59,097 bases of DNA, taken from the NCBI GenBank assembly GCA_964485905.1, contig CAZAJY010000001.1, positions 1 through 59,097 of the forward strand, written 5' to 3'. The stretch is from an uncultured Candidatus Saccharibacteria bacterium (GTDB lineage Bacteria; Patescibacteriota; Minisyncoccia; Phycocordibacterales; GWA1-40-21). Below are positions 26,092-34,956 of this stretch, one piece after another; position 1 is the first letter of the stretch; each line of letters begins with the position of its first letter. A model generated the notes under the pieces. It was not told the origin of the DNA, did not search any database, and saw nothing but the letters and a program-made list of their open reading frames with translations. Made by a program: the position numbers and the translations under genes.

Positions 26092-26336
26092 GTGCTATCA
26101 ATCATCTAGCTCACCACCTGCCAAATCATGACAGATTGAATAGTATTTGAGACCTAAAAGTCTCTATAATTGATAGCACCAACTGTTAATATTTTTTGAA
26201 GGATATTTTTCTACACGCTTGCGTAAGGCGTACCCAACGCAATTCTGATATTAAATATCCTAAAATAATGACAGAAAAGCCTTGACCGTTCTGTAACACA
26301 TCATTCCAAAATTAGTATAGCAGATTTAAAATGAAA

Positions 26337-26435
26337 ATGACCCCCCGATCCACCCCATTCGTTTGCACGAATGAAATGTATCGGAGGGTCAGAGGATCAA
26401 AGTTTCAAAGAATCAAGAGCAGAGATTCAGATAAA
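26337..26435 (-). repeat. 99-nt conserved 3' flank of VR2, including a terminator-like hairpin
   Basis: Identical to 23622-23720. Confidence 0.85.
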
Positions 26436-27107
26436 CTACAGTTGCGGAACGACGAGCCGATGCCCGTACCCGGCATCCCAGACAGTGCCGTGGGACAAAC
26501 GGCGCACGTACACCAGGAGCCGGCCAGCGTACCAGTACACATCGGCGACGAAAAACTCGCCCTTACCTTGCAACTTCTCCTTGAACAGGAAGAAGGTGCC
26601 GTAGCCATCCGTTCGAAGCCACTTACTATGATCCTTCACGAAACGGATGATCTGGCTTTGCGTCAGGCACAAACTCTCCCGACTCCGGCCGAAGCCATCG
26701 TAGATCTGAGCAAAAGTCCCGTCCTTGACTAGCTCCAGAACCTCTACCCTCGTCTTCTTCGTCGGCTGACCCGGGATATTTATCCCGTAGTTCACGAAAT
26801 CACCGTCAATGTAGCCCGGGAAGATGTCCTTGGCTTCAGCAATCGTCGCCCGACCATTCGTCGCTCCGATGATCACCTTCTTGCCTTTGGACAACGATCG
26901 ACAGTAGCCCACTACCGGTTTCGGCTTGAGTACAAGCTCTCCTCGACCGAGAGTGAGCAAGGCCATATCGTTGGCCAACACTGGGTCACTCACGATCTTC
27001 GTGGCGTCAGAATCTGTTCCACCACTGTCCACAACCGCGTGAACATAGGCCTGCCCAATCTGAGCTAATGTCATTCCTTTTTCCGCCAACTCGCTTTTAC
27101 CACTCAT
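26436..27107 (-). CDS. DGR variable target protein 2 (paralog of target 1)
   Basis: 223 aa whose C-terminus is encoded by VR2. It shares VGY..., F.GY.D.DF.N and FFVA...WY.GRL motifs with target 1. A purine-rich RBS precedes the ATG. Confidence 0.85.
   Translation of the reverse strand: MSGKSELAEKGMTLAQIGQAYVHAVVDSGGTDSDATKIVSDPVLANDMALLTLGRGELVLKPKPVVGYCRSLSKGKKVIIGATNGRATIAEAKDIFPGYIDGDFVNYGINIPGQPTKKTRVEVLELVKDGTFAQIYDGFGRSRESLCLTQSQIIRFVKDHSKWLRTDGYGTFFLFKEKLQGKGEFFVADVYWYAGRLLVYVRRLSHGTVWDAGYGHRLVVPQL
26439..26557 (-). repeat. DGR variable repeat VR2
   Basis: 119 nt colinear with the TR. There are 15 differences, all at TR adenines, and 0 elsewhere. Confidence 0.9.
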
Positions 27108-27203
27108 CTCTTTCTTCTCCCTGTGGCCTGCCTAGTATAATACTTTGGCCTACCACCTTGCTTGTTGGCGATTATCGCCTTTTCGACTTCACCTATTTGG
27201 TTT

Positions 27204-27251
27204 AGTCACAGCTTTTAATAAATTAAATTAAACATACTAAAAGCTGTGACT
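27204..27251 (-). promoter_or_regulatory. conserved 5'-leader hairpin of target 2 (14-bp perfect stem, 20-nt AT loop)
   Basis: agtcacagctttta ... taaaagctgtgact. It is homologous to 24400-24439. Confidence 0.55.
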
Positions 27252-27288
27252 AATTCCGCATTTTTTAATGTCCTACTTTCTACCCCAT

Positions 27289-27317
27289 ATTATACACCCA
27301 AGCATTTTAAAAGTCAA
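27289..27317 (-). promoter_or_regulatory. near-consensus sigma70-type promoter for target 2 (TTGACT-17-TATAAT)
   Basis: The minus strand reads ccaTTGACTtttaaaatgcttgggtgTATAATatg. Confidence 0.7.
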
Positions 27318-27318
27318 T

Positions 27319-27362
27319 GGCAACCAATTTCCCCCTCGCCTTTTCTAAGGAGAGGGGTTGGG
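27319..27362. repeat. GC-rich palindromic element, copy D (overlaps the recJ 3' end)
   Basis: ttccccctcgccttttctaaggagaggggttgggggtgaggtcc. The recJ ORF reads through it (...DLTPNPSP*). Confidence 0.7.
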
Positions 27363-29114
27363 GGTGAGGTCCACTATCCTTAATCTCAACTCTTTTCGTC
27401 CCGCAAAAAAGGATAATTCAAGATTGGCCAATAAATTTATTTTATTCCCCTCTTTTAATTCCCCTTGATCTCGAAAGAAGCCAATCGCCTTAATGTTTAC
27501 ATTCTGAGAATTTTTAAAAGTTAGTTCTAAATGATTATTTTCTTTCCCAAACATTTTAATTTTTTCAATCATTACTTTTTCAAATAAAAATAATGGTTTA
27601 GGATTTCCTGTTCCAAAAGGAGCTAATTTTTCTATCAATTTATAGTTCGCCGATGTAACTTCGTCTAAAATTAATTTTAGATCTGACTCCACCAGACAAG
27701 GCGAGGCTTTTGGAGTACCAAAGGCCTCGCCTTGTCTTTCAACTTTTTCATAGGCCTGTTGTAATTTTTCCTCTAATAGATGGACTTTTTCTTCGATCAC
27801 CGAAAAGCCCCCGGACATTTGATGACCACCAAATTCTTGGAGAATTCCCGGTTCCACTTGTTGCATCAAATCTAAAACACTCATACAGCCATCTCCGCGA
27901 CAAGACCCCTTTAAAATATTTCCACCGTCTCGTCCCCACAAAAAAACTGGCCGATTATGATCATCCACCAGAGAATTAGCCACCAAACCCAGTAAAGATG
28001 GCTTCCAATCGGGGTTACCGATAACAATCACCTTCTTTTCCAAAGCCCCTTTGCACTGAGCTTTGTCGAGAGGGTTATCATCATAACGCTTCTTCATTAT
28101 CTTTCTAACTTCTTTAACTAAACTGGCGACAATTCCTTTTCTTTCATTATTAATTTTATCTAAATGTCGAGCATGGAGATCAGCTTCCACTTCGTCTTGA
28201 GCAATAAAAAGTTTAAAAGCGTCGTCAGGACTCCCCATTCTAGAAGCCGCATTAATTCTGGGCGAAATAGAAAAAACGATATCATCTTCCGTAATGTTTC
28301 TTTGATCTATTTTTAATAAAGAAAATAATTTCAATAGACCGACGCGAGGCGATTTCCGCAAAACTTTTAAACCGTAATAGGCCAGGGCGCGATTCTCGCC
28401 TACCAAAGGCACCATGTCCGACAAAGTCGCAATCCCCACCATATCTAAGAGCCACTTTTCCCAGCCTAAAGGAACAGAAATTTCCTCGGAGCGATTAGTC
28501 TGCGTTAAGCGTAGAGGATTTTTTTGTTCCTTTAGGCTGATTAGTATCGCCTGCACTAATTTATAGGCCACACCAGCGCCACATAAATCTTTAAAGGGAT
28601 ATTGTGAGTCCTCTCTTTTGGCATCAACTACCGCTACGGCTTCAGGTAAACCAGCCTGCGCAGGTAAATGATGATCGGTTATAATTAAATCAATTTTATG
28701 TTTTTTAATTTCCTCCGCTTCAACTAAATCAGTAATGCCACAGTCCACCGTAATAATTAATTTAACTTTATCTTTCTTAAATTGGTCAATGGCTTCATGA
28801 TTCAAACCAAAACCTTCATCATGGCGATGTGGAATATAATTAGTAAAATTCTCATGACCGATTTTCTGAAAAAAATCATACAAAATAACTCCGCCGGGAA
28901 TACCATCGGCATCATAATCACTAAAAATCACAACTCGTTCTTTTTTTTCTACGGCCTGTAGAATTCGCCCCACCGCCTTATCCATATCGGGCAAAAGAAA
29001 TGGGTCGTGCAAATCCTGCTCATAATCCGGATTCAAAAAATCCTCGGCTTCTTCGACGGTTTTAATACCTCTTTTCTCTAACAGGGTCTTCAAAAGCGGT
29101 GGGTATTTATCCAT
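27345..29114 (-). CDS. recJ: single-stranded-DNA-specific exonuclease RecJ
   Basis: DHH family motifs (IFSDYDADGI, TVDCG, ITDHH) and a DHHA1-like GGHQMSGG. Start taken at MDKYPP; the ORF extends to 29138. Confidence 0.88.
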   Translation of the reverse strand: MDKYPPLLKTLLEKRGIKTVEEAEDFLNPDYEQDLHDPFLLPDMDKAVGRILQAVEKKERVVIFSDYDADGIPGGVILYDFFQKIGHENFTNYIPHRHDEGFGLNHEAIDQFKKDKVKLIITVDCGITDLVEAEEIKKHKIDLIITDHHLPAQAGLPEAVAVVDAKREDSQYPFKDLCGAGVAYKLVQAILISLKEQKNPLRLTQTNRSEEISVPLGWEKWLLDMVGIATLSDMVPLVGENRALAYYGLKVLRKSPRVGLLKLFSLLKIDQRNITEDDIVFSISPRINAASRMGSPDDAFKLFIAQDEVEADLHARHLDKINNERKGIVASLVKEVRKIMKKRYDDNPLDKAQCKGALEKKVIVIGNPDWKPSLLGLVANSLVDDHNRPVFLWGRDGGNILKGSCRGDGCMSVLDLMQQVEPGILQEFGGHQMSGGFSVIEEKVHLLEEKLQQAYEKVERQGEAFGTPKASPCLVESDLKLILDEVTSANYKLIEKLAPFGTGNPKPLFLFEKVMIEKIKMFGKENNHLELTFKNSQNVNIKAIGFFRDQGELKEGNKINLLANLELSFFAGRKELRLRIVDLTPNPSP

Positions 29115-29127
29115 TAGCTGATTATAA

Positions 29128-29171
29128 CACAACCTCACCTAGCCTCTCCTTGACTAAGGAGAGGAAGAGGG
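29128..29171. repeat. GC-rich palindromic element, copy E
   Basis: cacaacctcacctagcctctccttgactaaggagaggaagaggg, between recJ and the HIT gene. Confidence 0.7.
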
Positions 29172-29196
29172 AGAATAAATATGTTATTATATAATT

Positions 29197-29526
29197 ATGA
29201 AGGATAAAGATTGTATATTTTGTAAGATTATAAAAAAAGAAATTCCGGCTCAGATCTTATTTGAAAATGAGAACCTTATTGTAATACAAGATATAAAACC
29301 GGCGGCCCCCTTTCATCATTTAATCATCCCCAAAAAACATATAAAATCTATTATGGATCTAGAGGATATAGATAAAGAAATTACTTCCGAACTTATCTTT
29401 GTGGCAAAAGAAGACGCAAAAAAGACAGGTCTTAAGGGATACCGTTTAAGTTTTAATGTCGGCCGTGAGGGTGGGCAAATGATTGATCACATACATTTGC
29501 ATTTGATGGGGGGGTGGTTTAAATGA
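29197..29526 (+). CDS. HIT (histidine triad) family protein
   Basis: 109 aa with the HIHLHLMGG triad motif. Confidence 0.88.
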   Translation: MKDKDCIFCKIIKKEIPAQILFENENLIVIQDIKPAAPFHHLIIPKKHIKSIMDLEDIDKEITSELIFVAKEDAKKTGLKGYRLSFNVGREGGQMIDHIHLHLMGGWFK

Positions 29527-30280
29527 TTTCTACTATTTTTAATAATTCCCCAAACTTTTTCGGATTCAAACTTTCATGACCAACTAACAGTCCTTGTACT
29601 TCACCAGAAGTAATAATATCATTAGCGTTTTTATAACTAACCGAACCACCATAAAGTATCGGCACTTTAATTACTGAATCTTTTTTATAGATCTCCACCA
29701 AAACTTTTTTAATAAATAATGTGGTCTCATGGATATCCGCTGATTTCATTGCCTTATCCTCAGTTTTACCAATAGCCCAAATTGGTTCATAGGCAATCAC
29801 CAATTTATTTAAATATCTCTTCTGTAATTTACCCAAAGAATTTATAATCTGCGCTCGTAGAAAGTGTAGATAATTTCCGTGTTCATCTCTCTCTTTTTCC
29901 CCCACGCATAAAATTGGTCGCAGACCAGCCTTAATAGAAGAAATTATCTTTTTAGCAATCATCTCATCATTTTCACCCAATTCTCGTCTTTCCGAATGTC
30001 CGATAATGACATAACTTTCGCCTTTTAACATTCTAGTACCGATTTCTCCAGTAAAAGAACCTGTCTTCTCCCAAAAAACGTCCTGAGCTCCTAAAATAAC
30101 AGATTTATCAACCAATTTTTCCAAATCATTCAAATAAATATAGGGTGGACAAACTATTACTTTAGTATTTTTTAAAATCTTAGTAATCTTTTTTGTCTCT
30201 AAAAAAATTTTCTTAGCTTTCTCTAAGCTCTCTGGATTCATCTTCCAATTTGCTATGACTAATATCTTATTTTTCATCAT
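29519..30280 (-). CDS. tpiA: triosephosphate isomerase
   Basis: ANWKMN, GHSERR and YEPIWAIG motifs. Confidence 0.9.
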   Translation of the reverse strand: MMKNKILVIANWKMNPESLEKAKKIFLETKKITKILKNTKVIVCPPYIYLNDLEKLVDKSVILGAQDVFWEKTGSFTGEIGTRMLKGESYVIIGHSERRELGENDEMIAKKIISSIKAGLRPILCVGEKERDEHGNYLHFLRAQIINSLGKLQKRYLNKLVIAYEPIWAIGKTEDKAMKSADIHETTLFIKKVLVEIYKKDSVIKVPILYGGSVSYKNANDIITSGEVQGLLVGHESLNPKKFGELLKIVEII

Positions 30281-30322
30281 TAAATTATAACATTTTATAT
30301 GATATAATTATAGCTAGAATTT

Positions 30323-31666
30323 ATGAACTTTCTAATAAATAAAAAAAGGCTGTGCGGCTTTACTTTAATAGAAGTTCTCGTTGGTACGGCCGTCTTTATG
30401 GTTTTAGCAATAAGTGTTTACCAAACATATACTATTGTTTTAAATACAGTGAGTAATTCTCGTGCCAAAATTACTGCTACGGCACTAGCTAATGAGCAAT
30501 TTGAAATTATCAGAAACTTACCCTATAGCGACGTCGGTACAATCAGTGGCGTTCCTAATGGTAAAATTTCTGCGTCTCAAGACTTAATACGTGATGGAAA
30601 AGATTTTATTGTAAAAACAACGATTAGAAGTATCGACGATGTTTTTGATGGAAATATAGGTAGTAGCACTAACAATGATTTATCTCCGGCCGATTATAAA
30701 ATAGCTGAATTAGAAATTTCTTGCGAAAATTGTAAAAACTTTTCTCCGCTTACTTTTACAACTCAAATCGGACCTAGAGATTTAGAAAGTGAATCTACAA
30801 ATGGTTCATTATTTGTAAGAGTTTTTGATGTTGATGCTAAACCACTACCAGAAGCCGATGTTCATATCTTTAATAATGATATTTATCCATCTCTAGAAAT
30901 AAACGACACAACAAATAATGATGGCTTATTACAAATCGTGGATGCGCCACCAGCTGTGGATACTTATTATGTAACCGTTTCCAAAACTAGTTATGCTACT
31001 GAACGAACATATCAAACTGGTGAATTAGGAACTTCAACACCGATTAATTCAAATCCGACGGTGGTCATCAGACAATTATCTCAGATTAGTTTCTTCCTTA
31101 ATTATGTCAGTGATTTAAATATTTTTAGCCAAGATGAAAACTGTGATCCAATATCAGATATTACTTTTACACTTCAGGGAACAAGATTAATTGGAACAGA
31201 GCCAGATGTTTTAAAATATAATGCTTCTAGCACAACCGATATCTCTGGTGAAAAAATAATTGAGGACTTAGATTGGGATACTTATACAATGACATTAGAT
31301 ACCCCATCTTATGCCCTACTTGGAACAGCGACTTCAACTATTATAACTTTAAATGCTAGCTCAACTCCGGATTATAAATTAACCTTAGCACCCAAAGAAT
31401 CAAGTAATTTATTAATCACAGTAAAAGATGACACTGGACTAGCGCTATCTGGGGTAACGATAGAATTAATACAAAATGCTTCAAGCACAATAGAAGTTAC
31501 CGGGCCAGGTATTGCCGCCTGCCGAGCAGAAGGTCAAGCTTTGTTTACTGATTTAATCCCCGAAAATTATGACTTAATGATAACTAAACCAAATTATCAA
31601 GATTATACTGAAAATTTAGATCTCGGTTCTGCATGGACGGAAAAAGAAATAACTTTAAACCCTTAA
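30323..31666 (+). CDS. prepilin-type N-terminal domain protein (minor pilin-like) with Ig/CarboxypepD_reg-like repeats
   Basis: Starts with CGFTLIEVLVGTAVFMVLAI; 447 aa. Confidence 0.7.
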   Translation: MNFLINKKRLCGFTLIEVLVGTAVFMVLAISVYQTYTIVLNTVSNSRAKITATALANEQFEIIRNLPYSDVGTISGVPNGKISASQDLIRDGKDFIVKTTIRSIDDVFDGNIGSSTNNDLSPADYKIAELEISCENCKNFSPLTFTTQIGPRDLESESTNGSLFVRVFDVDAKPLPEADVHIFNNDIYPSLEINDTTNNDGLLQIVDAPPAVDTYYVTVSKTSYATERTYQTGELGTSTPINSNPTVVIRQLSQISFFLNYVSDLNIFSQDENCDPISDITFTLQGTRLIGTEPDVLKYNASSTTDISGEKIIEDLDWDTYTMTLDTPSYALLGTATSTIITLNASSTPDYKLTLAPKESSNLLITVKDDTGLALSGVTIELIQNASSTIEVTGPGIAACRAEGQALFTDLIPENYDLMITKPNYQDYTENLDLGSAWTEKEITLNP

Positions 31667-31668
31667 AA

Positions 31669-32286
31669 ATGAAAAATTTATTCGTTAAAAAAAATAGAGG
31701 TTTTACTTTAATAGAAATATTAATAGCTATTTTTATCGTTACATTAATTGGAATAATAATAATTAATTTTCAAATTGATGTCTTCTCTATAAACAAAATA
31801 TCTTCTGATAATCTAAATGCTCAAACTGATGCTCGTAATGCCCTTAAAACAATGAGCGCAGAATTACGTTCCATGTCTCCTTCTAATAATGGTTCTTATG
31901 CGATTGCGATAGCAGCCACTTCCTCCATTATCTTTTATACAGATATTGATAATGATACCCTGAAGGAACAGATTCATTATTTTCAAGATGGTTCTAATTT
32001 AAAAAAGGGCGTAATAAAACCAACTGGTCTACCGTTAACTTATAACCCAGCTAATGAAGATATCAGTAATCTGGTTAGCAATTTAGCAAATGGAACTTCT
32101 TCTCTCTTTTATTATTATGATAAAAATTATGATGGTACCGGTGAAGCATTAACCGACCCAATAAATATTCCTCTGATTCGTTTAATTAAAATAAATATTC
32201 TAATTGATAAAGATATAAATAAAGCTCCAGACGCTTTAACAATTACGACTCAAGTATCTCTAAGAAATCTAAAGGATAATTTATGA
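31669..32286 (+). CDS. prepilin-type N-terminal cleavage/methylation domain protein
   Basis: NRGFTLIEILIAIFIV N-terminus. Start taken at MKNLFVKK; the ORF extends to 31633. Confidence 0.7.
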   Translation: MKNLFVKKNRGFTLIEILIAIFIVTLIGIIIINFQIDVFSINKISSDNLNAQTDARNALKTMSAELRSMSPSNNGSYAIAIAATSSIIFYTDIDNDTLKEQIHYFQDGSNLKKGVIKPTGLPLTYNPANEDISNLVSNLANGTSSLFYYYDKNYDGTGEALTDPINIPLIRLIKINILIDKDINKAPDALTITTQVSLRNLKDNL

Positions 32287-33686
32287 TTACAAACAATTTA
32301 AAAAATAAAAAACAAAGTGGTTATATCCTGATTCAGGTAATTGTTTTTGCCGCCATCTCTGTTTATATCTTAGGGGCTTTAGTGGGCTGGGCAGTAATCA
32401 ATATTAAAGCTTCTGGACAAAATTTCAATCGCGAACAGGCTTTACAAATTGCTGAAGCTGGAATTGATTATTATCGTTGGCATTTAGCTCATGCGCCAAC
32501 AGATTTTCAAGATGGTATGGCTACTTCTGGTCCTTATATTCATGATTTTAATGATAAAAATGGAAATACTATTGGTACTTTTACTTTAAATATCACTCCA
32601 CCAAGTCTGGGTTCAACTTTAGTTACAATCGAGTCTGTTGGAAAAGTAAACGCTAATCCAAATATTTCTCGAAAAATAAAGGCCCAATTGGCCAAACCAT
32701 CAATGGCTAAATATGCTGTCGCGGCTAATGCTGATATGCGTTTTGGCGCCGGTACGGAAATTTTTGGCCCAGTCCACTCTAATGGTGGAATTCGTTTTGA
32801 TGGCTTAGCTCATAATATTGTGTCTAGTAATAAAACTACTTATACCGACCCTGATGACCACACCAATGAATATGCTGTCTATACAACGTTAAGCCCCCGA
32901 GACCCTTCACCACCTACCCCTCTATCAGAAAGACCAGATGTTTTTATAGCTGGACGACAATTTCCACTTCCACTAGTTGATTTTAGTGGTATTACCGCTG
33001 ATTTGGCTATAATGAAAACTGATGCCATAGCCAATGGTTTTTGGCGGTCAGGTTCAGACAAAAGTGGTTATCATCTAACTTTAAAAAATAATAATACTTT
33101 TGATTTAAAAAAGGTAAAAAAACTTATTTCTGATTGTTCTGGTACGGCCTGGAGTATTGACACGGAAGATTCTGGTGATAATTATCCTATGCCGAATAAT
33201 GGAATAATCTTTTTGGAAGATAATGTTTGGGTGGATGGACAAATAAATGGAGCTCGTCTGACAATTGTGGCTGCGGTTTTGCCGTATGAAATTGCCACTA
33301 GCAAAAATATCACCATTAATAATGATTTGCTTTATACTAATTATGATGGTACTGATGTTATTGGTTTAATTGCTCAAAATAATATTAATGTAGGCCTTCG
33401 TAGTGAGGATGATTTAAAAATTGATGCTGCTTTAATTGCCCAAAAAGGCCGAGTAGGAAGATTTTATTATACTAGTGGTTGTTCCTCCACTTATTATAAA
33501 AGGCAAACGATTACTCTTTATGGAATGATTGGCACAGCCTTACGTTACGGTTTTGCATTTACAGACGGTACTGGTTATCAAATTCGTAACTTAAATTATG
33601 ATGCTAATCTGCTTTACGCTCCACCACCCAGTTTCCCATTAACTTCTGATCAATATGTTACTCTGTCTTGGGAGGAAGTGAAATAA
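32283..33686 (+). CDS. PilX-like / pilus-associated membrane-anchored protein
   Basis: 467 aa with an N-terminal hydrophobic helix (GYILIQVIVFAAISVYILG). It is translationally coupled to the upstream pilin-like ORF (ATGA overlap). Confidence 0.5.
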   Translation: MITNNLKNKKQSGYILIQVIVFAAISVYILGALVGWAVINIKASGQNFNREQALQIAEAGIDYYRWHLAHAPTDFQDGMATSGPYIHDFNDKNGNTIGTFTLNITPPSLGSTLVTIESVGKVNANPNISRKIKAQLAKPSMAKYAVAANADMRFGAGTEIFGPVHSNGGIRFDGLAHNIVSSNKTTYTDPDDHTNEYAVYTTLSPRDPSPPTPLSERPDVFIAGRQFPLPLVDFSGITADLAIMKTDAIANGFWRSGSDKSGYHLTLKNNNTFDLKKVKKLISDCSGTAWSIDTEDSGDNYPMPNNGIIFLEDNVWVDGQINGARLTIVAAVLPYEIATSKNITINNDLLYTNYDGTDVIGLIAQNNINVGLRSEDDLKIDAALIAQKGRVGRFYYTSGCSSTYYKRQTITLYGMIGTALRYGFAFTDGTGYQIRNLNYDANLLYAPPPSFPLTSDQYVTLSWEEVK

Positions 33687-33696
33687 TCTTCATTTC

Positions 33697-33737
33697 TCTT
33701 CCCCTCCTTAGTTAAGGAGGGGCTAGGGGCGGTTGTG
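33697..33737. repeat. GC-rich palindromic element, copy F, between convergent genes
   Basis: cttcccctccttagttaaggaggggctaggggcggttgtg. Confidence 0.7.
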
Positions 33738-34955
33738 TTAAATATTATCCATCACGGAGTAGATGGGGGTGACCATGGAGAGAGCGAAAAAACCGACAGC
33801 GGCGCCGATAATGACCATTAAGACAGGTTCAATAATAGTAGATAAATCTTTGGTCCTTTCTTCTACATCATTTTCATAGAAAACCGCCACCTCACCGAGC
33901 ATAGATGCCATATTTCCCGTCTCCTCTCCCACACTCATCATTTCACCAACAAAAGTTGGATATAAATCGGGGTTCCTCATAAAAACACTGGAAATATTTT
34001 CTCCTTTTTCTACAATGGTCGCCGCCTCCTCTAAAATCTGACGATAATAATAATTATTAACAATGCCCTTAGTAATAGCGATTGACTGTGCAACAGGCAC
34101 CCTGGCCATTAACAAAGATGAAAGTGTCCGAGCAACGCGTGCGGCATTAGCTTCCTTAATTAAATCTGCGATCAACGGTAATTTAATAACTATTTTATCT
34201 CGGGTCCTTTTACCAAGAGAGGTTTTAAGAGAAAAATATAGGCCAAAAGAGATAGCCAGGATAATTAAAATCGTCAAAAACCAATGACCAGTAAGAAAAT
34301 CACTAATAAAAATAATTAATTTGGTACTGGCGGGCAATTCTGTATTTAATTCCCTAAAAGTTTCCACAATTCCCGGAACCACAAAAATAAACATTAAAAT
34401 TCCGACCACAATCATAACAGAAATAATTACAGCTGGATAAATCATTGCACCCTTAACCTTTTTTTGTAAACGATAAGTTTTATCCATTTGCAAAGCCACA
34501 TTTGCCAAGGCGTCAGATAGACCACCGCTTTCCTCGCCCGCTTTTGCCATAGAAACAAAAAGGTTGGAGAAGATATTAGGGTAAATTTTTAAAGCCTCAC
34601 TTAAGGTTTTACCTTTTTTAATTTCCAAATTAATTCCCTCCACTATGGACTTAAAACGTGGGCCATTACTTTGCCGTTCAATAACCGTCAGAGCCCGACT
34701 TAAAGATAAACCGGCTTTCATCATGGCCGATAAATTCCTGGCAAAAGCAATTTTCTGGGCCATGGATACTCGATTTAAAAAACCAAACGAATTCAAAAAA
34801 TAATTTTGCCACTTCGCTTTATTTAATTCTTCCGCCGAAATTAGCATACTACCTTCAGCCTTAAGTTCATTATATAGACTAAATTTGTTTTGCGACTCCA
34901 AAACTCCCTCATAACGCTGACCATTATTTTTTATCGCTTTAAATTTTAATTTCAT
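33738..34955 (-). CDS. pilC: type II secretion system F family / PilC platform protein
   Basis: 405 aa with two GspF-type repeats and three TM regions, adjacent to the PilB ATPase. Confidence 0.85.
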   Translation of the reverse strand: MKLKFKAIKNNGQRYEGVLESQNKFSLYNELKAEGSMLISAEELNKAKWQNYFLNSFGFLNRVSMAQKIAFARNLSAMMKAGLSLSRALTVIERQSNGPRFKSIVEGINLEIKKGKTLSEALKIYPNIFSNLFVSMAKAGEESGGLSDALANVALQMDKTYRLQKKVKGAMIYPAVIISVMIVVGILMFIFVVPGIVETFRELNTELPASTKLIIFISDFLTGHWFLTILIILAISFGLYFSLKTSLGKRTRDKIVIKLPLIADLIKEANAARVARTLSSLLMARVPVAQSIAITKGIVNNYYYRQILEEAATIVEKGENISSVFMRNPDLYPTFVGEMMSVGEETGNMASMLGEVAVFYENDVEERTKDLSTIIEPVLMVIIGAAVGFFALSMVTPIYSVMDNI

Positions 34956-34956
34956 A

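Larger units (their letters stand above)
23622..27317 (-). mobile_element. diversity-generating retroelement (DGR) cassette: target2/VR2 - TR - avd (antisense) - RT - target1/VR1
   Basis: DGR-type RT, Avd-like ORF, a 119-nt TR and two VRs. All substitutions fall at TR adenines only (see findings). Confidence 0.92.

Noticed and set aside
25741-26150. ORFs overlapping the template repeat (25741-26019-, 25812-26105-, 25859-26101-, 25878-26150+)
   Set aside because: They exist only because the TR is a copy of the VR coding sequence. They lack a credible start/RBS context and overlap avd and each other. The region is better explained as the noncoding DGR template.
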